Below, piece by piece: positions 30,601-38,842 of a stretch of 64,000 nucleotides of DNA. Source of the stretch: Nitrospirota bacterium (GTDB lineage: Bacteria; JACPQY01); contig JACPAV010000003.1 in NCBI GenBank assembly GCA_016180645.1, positions 1 to 64,000 on the forward strand, read 5' to 3'. How positions within the stretch are numbered: position 1 is the stretch's first letter; each line of letters begins with the position of its first letter. Both the position numbers and the translations under genes were made by a program. The notes below the pieces were generated by a model. The model did not search any database and was not told the origin of the DNA. It worked only from the letters and a program-made list of their open reading frames with translations.

Positions 30601-33484
30601 TGGAAACCGTCGCCGAACCGCCGATGTTTCCGGCCGCATCCGCGGCCCGCATGTTGAGGCTGAGAAGAGTCCCGTCGGCGCAAACAATGCCGACTTTGGA
30701 GCAGGTTCCTGCGCTGTAGGCAGCCGCCAGCCACGTTGAGCCTCCATTCACGGTGTATTGGCAGTTCGTGATGGGGTTCAGATCCGTGAAGGTCGTGCTG
30801 ACATTATAGATGCCATCGACGTGGGTGGCCGTAGCGGTTGAGGCAGGCGCTACCGCTCCGGCGCTCGGTGGCGTGACATCCACCGTGAACTGTCGCGCGG
30901 TCGAATAGACGCTCGCGTTCTCAGCGGCATCGAGGGCCCGGATGCGCCAATAATACGGCGCCTCCGGAAGCGGATTGGGATATGCGAAACCGCTCGCCGT
31001 TAACCCCGTGTATTCGACCACCCCATAGGTAAATAAGGCATTGGCCGAAATTTGAAACTCGACGGAGACGGTATCGGCGGACTTGGTCCACGTGAACGAC
31101 GGTTTGACTATGTTCGTATGCGTCCCGTTCGTGAGCACTCCGGGCAGGGGCACGGCGGGGGGAACCGTATCCACCGTCCACATGTAGGACAACGGCGGGG
31201 AACTATTGCCCACCGGATCCCAGCCCACCAAGACGAAATTGTGTTCTCCGTCCTTCAGACCGGTGAGCGTGGTGGGAGACTTGCATCCGCCCGCAGGAGC
31301 CCCGTCGAGCGAGCAAGTCACCCACACTTCGAGATCGTCAGAAGCAAACCCGAAGACGGGTGAGCTGACATTGGAAATCAACCGGGGATGAAGCGTAAAC
31401 CAAACCACCGGGGGGGTGAGATCGAGGAGCCAATCATACCGGGCCGGTGTGGGGTCGTGGTTTCCCGCGGGGTCCACCGCTTCCACGGCAAGACGGTGCG
31501 CGCCGCCTTTCAGTTCCTTGATGGAGAGAGGGGAGGAACAGCCCGTCGGGGGGGCGTCGTCGAGGGAGCATTCGAAAGCGGCACTCGAGTCGGGCGATTC
31601 GAAGAGAAAACCGGCCGAGGTGATCGCCGTTCGCGCATCGGGATGGCCGGTGATTCGTGTGTCCGGCGGGGTCAGGTCCACGTTCCACGTGAACGAAGCG
31701 GGAGTCGGATCGCGGTTCCCCGCGGCATCCTGTGCGAATACGCCGAGCGTGTGCGCCCCTTCCGTCACCGTCAGCACAGCGGGTGAAGTGCACGGCGCCG
31801 GTGTCCCCACGTCGAGCTGGCAGTAGTAAGAACAGGCGGTGGGCGATGGTCCGCCTGAGGCGGATTGGGCGGTGGAAGGATCAGAGCATGAGAACTCGAA
31901 GGAAGCGGACGCGCTCTTGACGAGGATAGCCGGATGCATCGAGATCGTCGTTTCCGGCGGGGCGGTATCCACCGTGAAGGTCACTTGGGCGGGTGAGGCA
32001 TCCACATTTCCGGCCGCATCCCTGGCGCGAACTGAAAACTGGTAGACTCCATCGCCTTTCGTCAGAGTCAACACCAAGGGCGATTTACAGGCGATGAACG
32101 CCGAGCCGTTCAGCGAGCACTCGAAGGTGAAGCCGGGTTCGTTGTCCGTTCCGGAAAACTGGAAATTGGCCGAGGGCTGGTTGATGAGGAGGGCCGGCGG
32201 GACCGTGAATTGAGTCTCCGGCGGGGTCGTGTCCTTCATGGCCAGATAGATTTTCAGCGTGACCGGCGTGGCGTCGGCATTGCCCACCGCATCTACGGCT
32301 TTCACGGAGAGAGCGTGTGCCCCATTGGGCGCCGTGGGTTGATAGACCGCGGGACAGGGTTGAAACGGCCCACCGTCCAGGGAGCATCGAAAGACACATG
32401 TCGTGTCGTCGCACCCCAACTTGAACACATCGGCGGCAGTGGCGATCACGCAGAACTCCGCCACTTCTTTGCACGGGGAGGTCACGGTGGTTTCCGGAGG
32501 CGTAAGATCCACGGGCTTGAGTTCGATCTTGACCTCCGTGGCGGTTTGCGTGCCTGACCGTTTCAGGTCGTCCTTCACTTTTGTTTCCAGTTTGGTCGCC
32601 ACATTCTCGAAAGCCTTTTGGACCTGCGCCTCCGTGGGCTTGCTCTCCGCGTCCTTGGCTGCGGCCAGAGCTTGTTTCAGATCGCCGGCAGGTTTCCCCT
32701 CGCCCGAGGCAGAGGAGTTCAGCACCGTGACCACTTCGGTAAGGGTGGCCACGCCGTCTCCATCGCCATCCGGGAGTTGGACCTCATCCTCGGTCAGATC
32801 CTTGTCTTCCATTTGGAACGCTCCGCCGGCGCCCGAGTCGGACCTGCCTCCGTCGGCCCCGGTCGACCCGGCTACATTCACCTGGGTATCCAATTCGACG
32901 AGCGGAACATCGGCGTTGCTCTCCGGGTGAACTTTCGTTTCGAACTGGTTTCCCCCTTCAATGAACTGATCCTGCGACATCACGAAGGCGGTTTCGTAGA
33001 CGAAAACGATGTCGGCACCGCCATCCTGACGTTTCGGGGCGGATCGAGGGTTGTTGGCGGGCATTCGATTCGCACCATGGCTCGCTCCCCGCGCATCGGC
33101 TCCCCTTACTCCGCCGCGGACGCCTCCGCGAATTCCGCCCTGCTCGGCGCCCTGGACGCCGCCCCGGATGCCGGACGCCTCAGCGCCCCGAATGCCGGAT
33201 TGGACCTCGCCCCGGATGCCCCCGCGGATCCCGCCGCGAATTCCTTCCGCGACGAGCTGACCATTGACGTACACGTCCGTCACGAGTTGACTCTTCTCCG
33301 CGATTCCGTTGAGCGCGGCCGCCGTTTCGGCCGAGAGCGGGAGGGCCATCTCCAAACCCATGGCCCGGGAGGGCATCTTCCGGATGGGGAGGTCTGAGAT
33401 CTTGTTGACGCAGGCTGCAAAGGCCAGTGCGGCCATAATCACTGCCCCCATCCCGATCGATCGGATTGGTCCCCCGGTGTTCAT
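24695..33484 (-). CDS. Giant (~2930 aa) multi-domain lipoprotein, adhesin-like: Ig-like repeats, NHL propeller, FN3-like domain, 12 Kelch repeats
   Basis: Lipobox AFAA-C; DxTPP/DxxGN Ig-like units; GDGGPAT and YIADT NHL repeats; twelve K/R-x-Y/F-xx-GG...EY..W Kelch blades. Confidence 0.88.
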   Translation of the reverse strand: MNTGGPIRSIGMGAVIMAALAFAACVNKISDLPIRKMPSRAMGLEMALPLSAETAAALNGIAEKSQLVTDVYVNGQLVAEGIRGGIRGGIRGEVQSGIRGAEASGIRGGVQGAEQGGIRGGVRGGVRGADARGASHGANRMPANNPRSAPKRQDGGADIVFVYETAFVMSQDQFIEGGNQFETKVHPESNADVPLVELDTQVNVAGSTGADGGRSDSGAGGAFQMEDKDLTEDEVQLPDGDGDGVATLTEVVTVLNSSASGEGKPAGDLKQALAAAKDAESKPTEAQVQKAFENVATKLETKVKDDLKRSGTQTATEVKIELKPVDLTPPETTVTSPCKEVAEFCVIATAADVFKLGCDDTTCVFRCSLDGGPFQPCPAVYQPTAPNGAHALSVKAVDAVGNADATPVTLKIYLAMKDTTPPETQFTVPPALLINQPSANFQFSGTDNEPGFTFECSLNGSAFIACKSPLVLTLTKGDGVYQFSVRARDAAGNVDASPAQVTFTVDTAPPETTISMHPAILVKSASASFEFSCSDPSTAQSASGGPSPTACSYYCQLDVGTPAPCTSPAVLTVTEGAHTLGVFAQDAAGNRDPTPASFTWNVDLTPPDTRITGHPDARTAITSAGFLFESPDSSAAFECSLDDAPPTGCSSPLSIKELKGGAHRLAVEAVDPAGNHDPTPARYDWLLDLTPPVVWFTLHPRLISNVSSPVFGFASDDLEVWVTCSLDGAPAGGCKSPTTLTGLKDGEHNFVLVGWDPVGNSSPPLSYMWTVDTVPPAVPLPGVLTNGTHTNIVKPSFTWTKSADTVSVEFQISANALFTYGVVEYTGLTASGFAYPNPLPEAPYYWRIRALDAAENASVYSTARQFTVDVTPPSAGAVAPASTATATHVDGIYNVSTTFTDLNPITNCQYTVNGGSTWLAAAYSAGTCSKVGIVCADGTLLSLNMRAADAAGNIGGSATVSRTCDTIPPTTTDDGPASWVPGDVTVTLSPTDARSGVAGTNYCVDSANTCVPSTAGTAVSVTCPVGTVCPRYVRYRSTDNVGNLETTQSKLVRIDKQAPTTSDDAPAAWQGADVSVTLSGFDGAGSGIASTTYCTDSTNTCAPTSAYTAPVSIPCSTGSVCQTYIRFNSVDGVGNAESVVSKLVRIDKQAPATTDDAPVAWQGADVTVTLSAGDGGGSGVSGINYCLDGADSCAPATVYTAPFAVACSPATVCPTYVRFQATDAVGNVETVISKLVRMDKEAPATTDDAPAGWQGADVTVTLTLDDKTGSGVAATSYCVDASDTCAPSTPGTSISVTCSPSSVCQNYARYQSTDAVGNVQSVVSKFIQIDKQAPTTTDDAPTPWQAADVGVNLSPSDGTGSGVASTNYCVTDPPAVISTFAGGGGSLGDGGPATSAQLSLILGAEKAGQAFDSAGNLYIADTGQARVRKVTPGGTISTVAGGGAGCAAPCAATNYTLGMPEDVAVDGSGNIYIAERNTHQVFKVDTGGTLSIVVGTGSQGCTGDGGPATSATLTYVHDIAVDSAGNIFIGGECGSVRKVDGSGTITLLSGTSVGGNIGVSVDASGNLFFTSSYRVYKRDPGGTVTTIAGTGTNGYTGDGGLATAATLSYAKEAVADAAGNVYIADTSNHVIRKVDASGIITTLAGTGSGGFSGDGGPAASATLQYPSDVELDAAGDLYIADTSNHRIRKLTGTGSGCTPSTAGTAVPVTCSSGSACKKVVCYQSGDSVGNVETKKCSVTVMIDKQGPTGSVVINSSAAYANSQSVTLALVYSDASGAGVDQVRYSNDGVWDTEIFEAPSASKAWTLTAGDGSKTVTFQIRDLMSNLSADFTDTIILDTTPPATPTGVAVAQNAPSTADSVSGPVGSVEANSTVKVWADGLLTTLIVSGTAAGDGSFTSLSIGDNANATVYVTATDAATNQSSAATATNDIASPTIADNQAGDTTWRNADPGAIYDVDFNDAGGSNLSYVQYTVWDATGQTGTQLIVFTNIATGIGTASYTTNWGVAFASLNQWTNNFVSVRAFDNAGNSAVLNDVFFVQKDTIAPVSGSVSDGTGADLAFQSSTSTMDANWAGFGDNINVTSYDYNISTTTGCTGDVLATAGNGANNWKNTTGLTLTNYTTYYNCARALDAAGNTGAWASSNGVVPDGVPPTSSVTSPANNAKLAALASMAGSSTDPGTGSGVQKVEITILRVSDGKYWNGTAFNPATTWLLTTGTTSWSYSTVPAWVDGIQYTIQSRATDNLNSVETPGTGSTFTFDTSTPTFAGISSLAVNNLSITLGWAAGSDTVTAAGSLVYKICQSTSAGTCGGSFTATYTTAAGATTYAVSSGLVKNTNYYFVVRAQDEAGNSDTNTAEKVGAAGGNTWASKTAMTTARYHHGVAACGNGKVYAVGGDIFGLTTANEEFDPVANAWAAKAAMPAGSQQVAAACLAGKVYALGGVNGTVQNTNYEYDTAANTWATKAVMPNAVSGPQAAAANGKIYVFGGFNSSVYVAAVREYTPSTDTWVSKAAQGTPRSDTGAAAIGNKIYVSCGWNGAALSSTEEYDVIANTWTTKTAAPTARYGPAVASVGGKLYVMGGYNASAYSTVEEYNPVGDSWATAAALPTVRYRFAATTAGGRVYAIGGRDNFGSLSGANEEYTPMAPGAPVDAWVNKAPMLTARRALAVSEVNGRIYAIGGDKGTPSAENEEYDPVANSWAVKTALPTARWELSAAAANGKIYVMGGKDNVPTIYNLNDEYDPIANTWAVKAVLPSNRHQHVAAAVNGKIYLIGGFDGTSTLANCNEYDPVGNTWTSKTAMPTARYAMAAAVAHEKIYVAGGWNGAYAGAMEEYNPTSDTWTAKTGVPTPRSDLAAAGLDGRVFVLGGTDGTVSALTHEYEPLSDTWTARTILGAARRVHGAVSVSGRIFSIGGSDSGGTALQTTSQYVPLIP

Positions 33485-33818
33485 TTGACTATCCCCGCTT
33501 CGATTCACAATACCTCCAGCTGTTACGGCTACCCTCGTCGATATGCTATCTCGGGTTCGACTGGGAGCCCCACCCTTTTTTCTCGATTACTCCACCTTCT
33601 ATGTCATGGTGACCCGCGTTGGCGTCACGCTAATTCCCTGCGGTGGCACAACGCACAGTCTCCGCTGTATTTGGGCCGGATTCTATCTCGCCGACCGTAC
33701 CAAAGTAAAGCAAAATCGCACTTGGAGTGAAACTCGAATTATGATCTATATCAGTATTCCAGAAGTGGGAAATTCCTTCCATTTTGAGCCGATTTGTGTG
33801 AGACTGCCGACGCTTGCG

Positions 33819-35633
33819 ATGTGGCGTCTCTTTTTTGCAACAGCCATCTGCGTGGCCGTATTCCGCCCCCCGCTTTCTCTGGGCGAGGACGCAGTGGCCG
33901 GCCAACCCTCGGCGGATAACTCGATGTCGCTGTCCGGGCTGCCGGGCGCTTTCCGCGCGATTACGGGATTTCTGCCTTCTGCCGAACGGGTTTTTCAGTC
34001 CAGCACGGCGGGGTATTTTTCCAAGAAAGGTCTGACCCTCAGCGGCGAGGACCACAGCGGCATTGAAGGGCGATACGCCTTGTCGGTCCGACCATGGTCC
34101 ATGGGGCGATTCACCCGGATGACCTTTGCCTTCTCGATGGAGGGCCGGTTTTATCGGCTTGATTCCGAAGATGGGAAGGGCGACACGACCACGTTGGGCA
34201 ATCTGGGCCTCGGTTTCACCTATTCGTTGTGGCAGGGAGAGAACGCCGGCGTGAGCGTGGCTGTTCCCATTCTCATTCCGGCGCGTCCGGGCGGCGGCCC
34301 GGATGTGAGCGCGATGAGTCCGGAGTATTCGCTCGCCGCTTCCTTCCGAAAACTTTCGCCGCGCGGGGCGTTGCGTCACATCTTCGACATCAACGCGGGA
34401 TACGCGGTGGACAAGACCGAGACCGTTCTCAAGCACGCGAAGGTGGATCTCATCCGTCGAACGCGGCTGGCCGCCGGGGCGATCAGCGAGACCGCGTTTG
34501 TTGCCCGCCTGGCCTACTCCGCGCAAGTCCCGGGGAGACGCGCCACCCCTTCGCCCTTCTTCGAAGTTTCCACATGGCGTGACGTGGATGGAAAGGCGAT
34601 CAATTCGTTTGGTGAAAAAACAAAATTGAAGTTCTCGGCCAACCCGGTGATCGTCACGCCCGGTCTGAAATCCTTCGTCTACTCGAATCTTCAGGCCGAT
34701 CTCGCGGTGGATCTCGGGCAGTTGACGGGTCGGTTTCCCGACGAGAATGAAGTCATCGCCCCGTGGAGAATCTGGGTGGGCCTGGCGTGGCTGCCGTACG
34801 AGGCGCCGGGACTCCACGCGGCCGAAATGGAGTACCCCCGGGAGGTCCCGTTTGCGACGCCGGAGATGTTTGGATTTGGAGTTCCCGCCGGAGTCGGCGG
34901 AGCGCCCTCCTCTCCGGCCGCGGTTCAAATTCCATCCGGACTCCCTGCCGGGGGTACGGTCGCCGAGCCGGCGCCGCCTCGACCGCTTCCATTCGCCCCC
35001 TACCGAACAGAGGTGGAAGGTCCCATGATCGAGGAGGTGAAGTCCGCGGCGCGGTATCTCGCCGTTCACACCGATGCCCTCGCCCGCGTGGAGGGGCACA
35101 CCGACTCGAAGGGGCCGAAGTGGTACAACAAGATGTTGTCGACGGAGCGCGCGAAGTCGGTTGTGGAATTTCTTGTGGCCGAGGGGATCGATGCCTCGCG
35201 GCTGATGCCGGTCGGCCTGGCCGATGCGGAGCCCATTGCGCCCAACAATACGCGCGAGGGGCGGTCCAAGAACCGGCGCGTCGAGATCGTCATCATTCAG
35301 CCGGCGCCCTGGAGCATCGGATTTGCCCACCACAGGACGAAACTCGGAACGAAAGGGCAGGCGGTCCTCGACGAAATCGCCCGCCTCCTGAGTGAGAAGC
35401 CCGGCGCCAGGCTGCGGATTGAAGGCCACAGCGACGGGACCGGCGCCGAAGTTTGGAAAGCTCTTTACGCCACATGGCGGGCGGGGGCCGTTCGGGACTA
35501 TCTTGTGGCCAAGGGCGTGGACCTGGGCCGGGCGGACGTCGTTACCTATTCCGATCTGAAACCGGTCGCTCAGAACACCGACCCTGCGGGCCGCGCCCAA
35601 AACCGGCGGGTCGATCTCCGAATCACCGAGTAG
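33819..35633 (+). CDS. OmpA-family outer membrane protein with two C-terminal peptidoglycan-binding domains
   Basis: Signal peptide, beta-strand-rich N-terminus, Pro-rich linker, then EGHTD...NRRVE and EGHSD...NRRVD domains. Start chosen at ATG 33819. Confidence 0.85.
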   Translation: MWRLFFATAICVAVFRPPLSLGEDAVAGQPSADNSMSLSGLPGAFRAITGFLPSAERVFQSSTAGYFSKKGLTLSGEDHSGIEGRYALSVRPWSMGRFTRMTFAFSMEGRFYRLDSEDGKGDTTTLGNLGLGFTYSLWQGENAGVSVAVPILIPARPGGGPDVSAMSPEYSLAASFRKLSPRGALRHIFDINAGYAVDKTETVLKHAKVDLIRRTRLAAGAISETAFVARLAYSAQVPGRRATPSPFFEVSTWRDVDGKAINSFGEKTKLKFSANPVIVTPGLKSFVYSNLQADLAVDLGQLTGRFPDENEVIAPWRIWVGLAWLPYEAPGLHAAEMEYPREVPFATPEMFGFGVPAGVGGAPSSPAAVQIPSGLPAGGTVAEPAPPRPLPFAPYRTEVEGPMIEEVKSAARYLAVHTDALARVEGHTDSKGPKWYNKMLSTERAKSVVEFLVAEGIDASRLMPVGLADAEPIAPNNTREGRSKNRRVEIVIIQPAPWSIGFAHHRTKLGTKGQAVLDEIARLLSEKPGARLRIEGHSDGTGAEVWKALYATWRAGAVRDYLVAKGVDLGRADVVTYSDLKPVAQNTDPAGRAQNRRVDLRITE

Positions 35634-35762
35634 CTCCTCCCCCGCCGGCCGACCCCCCATCCGGCTGCATCATCTCCATCGGTAGCTGCCTGATTTCTGA
35701 GGTCCAATGAAGGCGGCGCATCCGGGCTGGTCCCGCCGCTCACGCTTCTTCGCAGCCCCCGA

Positions 35763-36416
35763 TCAAATTGCCGGCGCCAGCCGTCCATGCTTCAACGTGA
35801 CCACCCGATCACCCAGTTCGCCGATCTCCGGATTGTGAGTGACCACAACGATGGTTTTGCCCTCCGCATGGAAACGGCGCAGAAGGTCCAGGACAATTCG
35901 CTCGTTGTCGACGTCGAGGTTCCCCGTCGGCTCATCGGCCAGGACGATCGCAGGATGATTGATAAGAGCCCGCGCGATACAAACGCGCTGTTGCTCGCCC
36001 CCGGAAAGTTGCGACGGCTTGTGAGCCAGGCGGCCGCCCATCCCCACGGACTCCAGCGACTCTGAGGCTTCCCGCTCATCCACCATGCTGTGGAAATACT
36101 GAGCCAGCATGACGTTCTCCAAGGCGGAAAGGTAAGGAACGAGGTGAAACTGTTGGAACACCAGTCCGATTTTTTCCCTCCGCCATCGGATGAGGGCGTC
36201 GCCGTTCAGCCGCGAAATATCCTGCCCGTCGAAGAGGAGGGCGCCGGTCGTCGGGACATCCAGGCAGGCGATCAGATTGAGGAGCGTGGTCTTTCCCGAA
36301 CCCGACGGCCCCATGATCGACACCCATTCGCCCGGTCGGATATCAAGATCAACCCCCTCAAGCGCCTGCACGTCGCCGTACCGCTTGCCCACGCTTTTCG
36401 TTTCGATGCAAGTCAT
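35763..36416 (-). CDS. ABC transporter ATP-binding protein (LolD/MacB type; FetD-like)
   Basis: Motifs GPSGSGKT, LSGGEQQR, LADEPTGNLD. Confidence 0.92.
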   Translation of the reverse strand: MTCIETKSVGKRYGDVQALEGVDLDIRPGEWVSIMGPSGSGKTTLLNLIACLDVPTTGALLFDGQDISRLNGDALIRWRREKIGLVFQQFHLVPYLSALENVMLAQYFHSMVDEREASESLESVGMGGRLAHKPSQLSGGEQQRVCIARALINHPAIVLADEPTGNLDVDNERIVLDLLRRFHAEGKTIVVVTHNPEIGELGDRVVTLKHGRLAPAI

Positions 36417-36418
36417 GT

Positions 36419-37549
36419 TCAATCCCCTTTCAAGAGGACGGCCGGCTGGATCTTCCGAACCTGGCGGAGCGGGAGGATCGCTCCGAGCAGGCTGAGCAAC
36501 ATCGAGAGAACGAGAAGGAAGGGGATCAGCCCCGGGTGAAAATCCATGGAGGTTCCGAACATGGTCCGTTCCATCCGTTCCGCCATCGCCGCGCCCAGAA
36601 GAGATCCGACGATGCCGCCCACTAGCCCGATCACCGCCACTTCGCAGAGGAAGTGAAGATTCAATCGCCGGCTCGTGGCCCCCAGCACCGTCATCAGCGC
36701 CATTTCTCTCCGCCGCTCGGTGACCATCGTCATCAAAGCAATCAGAAGCCCCAGGAGGGAAGAGGCGGTGATAAGAATGACGACCGTCTGAACGATGGAT
36801 CGAATCCTGCCCAGGATTCGGCCTTCCGACTCCCGGAGCCTTCGGATGGGATGGGCGCGGGCGCCGGGAACGGCCGACTCCACTTTCCGCGCGAGCGCAT
36901 CGACATCCACATCTTCGGCGAGGAGGTTGACCAACACCATGTGTACTTGCCCAGGCCGATCAAACAGCCGCTGGGCGTGAGGCAAAGGCAGAAAGACTTG
37001 GTCGTCCTCCGCCCCCCCTGTGTCCACGATCGCCGTGATCACGCAGGAATGGGTCCGTCCTCCCGATTGAAGCATCGCGGCTTCCCCCAGTTGAACATTC
37101 AGCTTCTCCGCGACGGACTTCCCCAGGAGACACGCATCCATTCCGGCCGCGCCCGCCGGTTCGCCCTCCTGAATCTGCCAGTACGGAGTCACCGTGCGGA
37201 TCGCGTCGAACCGCATCCCGGCTGCCGCCATCCGGCGTCCATTCCACTCCACCACGTCGTACAGGAAAGGTTGAGCGCCCAGGACGTGTCCCTCGTGAAC
37301 CAGACCCGTCATTGTCGTCACGGAATCCTCCGGAAGGGTTTCGACACCGTCGGCGGGTTGGATCACGAAGTTCGCGCCGCTCTCCCGGAGTTCGCGGCTC
37401 ATCTGGACACGTACATCGGCGTACAGCGTCATGAATGCACCGATGACGGAGGTCCCCAGCCCGACCGACAGTACGGCCACCCACACGCGGCCGGACCTCT
37501 CCTTGAGCGATCGGAAAAGTAGCCGCAAGAAAAAGCGCGAAGGATCCAT
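36419..37549 (-). CDS. FtsX/MacB-type ABC permease (Fet system)
   Basis: TM1, periplasmic domain, then three TMs; ERRREMAL motif; operon context. Confidence 0.85.
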   Translation of the reverse strand: MDPSRFFLRLLFRSLKERSGRVWVAVLSVGLGTSVIGAFMTLYADVRVQMSRELRESGANFVIQPADGVETLPEDSVTTMTGLVHEGHVLGAQPFLYDVVEWNGRRMAAAGMRFDAIRTVTPYWQIQEGEPAGAAGMDACLLGKSVAEKLNVQLGEAAMLQSGGRTHSCVITAIVDTGGAEDDQVFLPLPHAQRLFDRPGQVHMVLVNLLAEDVDVDALARKVESAVPGARAHPIRRLRESEGRILGRIRSIVQTVVILITASSLLGLLIALMTMVTERRREMALMTVLGATSRRLNLHFLCEVAVIGLVGGIVGSLLGAAMAERMERTMFGTSMDFHPGLIPFLLVLSMLLSLLGAILPLRQVRKIQPAVLLKGD

Positions 37550-37555
37550 CGCGCT

Positions 37556-38842
37556 TTACCCCTCCGCCAACGTTTGAGCAGGCCGGATCTTCCAGATGAC
37601 GCGCGCCGGGAGGAGCGACCCGCCGAGGGCCACCCACGTGGACAACATCACCGTCAGCGGCAGCACCCACCACTTGAGGGACGCCCATGCGCCGAATACA
37701 TGCAAGCTGATGAACTGGGAGAGGGCCATTCCCATCAGGCATCCCAGCGCGCCTCCGACAACGCCCACGATGCCCATCTCACCCAGGAAGAGAAAGGCCA
37801 GCGTGCGGTTGGAGGCGCCGAGGGCCTTCGCCAATCCAATTTCCGTCCTGCGATCCATCACCATGGCGCTCATGAGACTGAAGACTCCAAGAGCCGATCC
37901 CAAGAGTGCCACGAGGGTGACCACGGCCATCAGGAATTGGACTTTCCGAACCACGACCCCCTCCGATTCCGCCACCTGGCGGACAACCTTGGCCGCCACC
38001 CCAGGGAGGGCCTCTTCAATCTGGTAGGCCACGGCATCCACATACGGGGAACAATACCAGGTGTCGAATTCACGCGTGGTCAACTCATGGCGATGAAACC
38101 GCGCCCGCCTGGCCAGATCGTTGTCCGGAGATGTGAGAGCACTCACCAGCACTTGATCGACAGCGTCCTTCCGTCCGGTCAGGTCCTCCATCGCTTCAAG
38201 CCCGCAAAGAATCTGCTCGTCCTCGCTCCCACCCGTTCGCACCACGCCCGAGACCTGAAGGGGCACCGACGGCCCCCCCCCCGGTCGGCCCACGCGGACC
38301 ACACCGCCCGGACGAATCCCCAGTTCCCGCGCCAGCGCGATCCCGACCAGGCAGCCGGGGAGCTGCGCCTGCTCATCGGGCCAGTTTCCTTCCACCTCCC
38401 ACCACGGATGAATCAGCGAAAGACCGGTCACAAACCGCTCGTCTCCCTCCACCGGATAGCTCCGGCGGAACCACGTTCCGACCATCGTCGCTTCGCGCGT
38501 CCCCACTTTCACGTTCGTGGTGGCGAGCGGCGCGAACGCCACGATGTTGTTGCGCCAGAAAATCTCTTTCATCTTGCCTAGGCCGTTCAAAGGGATGCCC
38601 TCCTTGTGGGCGAGCGGGTTGTAGTCCACGCCGCCGATCTGCAACGGAATCGCCTCCGTGCGCGGCGCTAAAATGAGGTTGGCGCCGAACCCCTTCATCT
38701 CGCGGCTCATCTGGTCTCCGATGTCGAGCGTCAGGTTGAGGAGGGCCGCCGCCAGCGCGGCGCCCAGGGCGACACTGACCACGGCCAAGCTCTTCCGCCG
38801 CAGGTCGTTCCGCAGCGAGGCCCTGAGCATCCGGAAGATCAT
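37556..38842 (-). CDS. FtsX/MacB-type ABC permease (Fet system)
   Basis: GANL, IFWRNNI, WYCSPY, RRTEIGLAKALGA; operon context. Confidence 0.85.
   Translation of the reverse strand: MIFRMLRASLRNDLRRKSLAVVSVALGAALAAALLNLTLDIGDQMSREMKGFGANLILAPRTEAIPLQIGGVDYNPLAHKEGIPLNGLGKMKEIFWRNNIVAFAPLATTNVKVGTREATMVGTWFRRSYPVEGDERFVTGLSLIHPWWEVEGNWPDEQAQLPGCLVGIALARELGIRPGGVVRVGRPGGGPSVPLQVSGVVRTGGSEDEQILCGLEAMEDLTGRKDAVDQVLVSALTSPDNDLARRARFHRHELTTREFDTWYCSPYVDAVAYQIEEALPGVAAKVVRQVAESEGVVVRKVQFLMAVVTLVALLGSALGVFSLMSAMVMDRRTEIGLAKALGASNRTLAFLFLGEMGIVGVVGGALGCLMGMALSQFISLHVFGAWASLKWWVLPLTVMLSTWVALGGSLLPARVIWKIRPAQTLAEG

Noticed and set aside
33630-35660. 676-aa minus-strand ORF, and similar long antisense ORFs (43559-45469, 50972-52594, 29048-30739, 48230-49762, 17551-18972)
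   Set aside because: Shadow frames of motif-bearing genes in GC-rich DNA; they have no motifs or RBS of their own.
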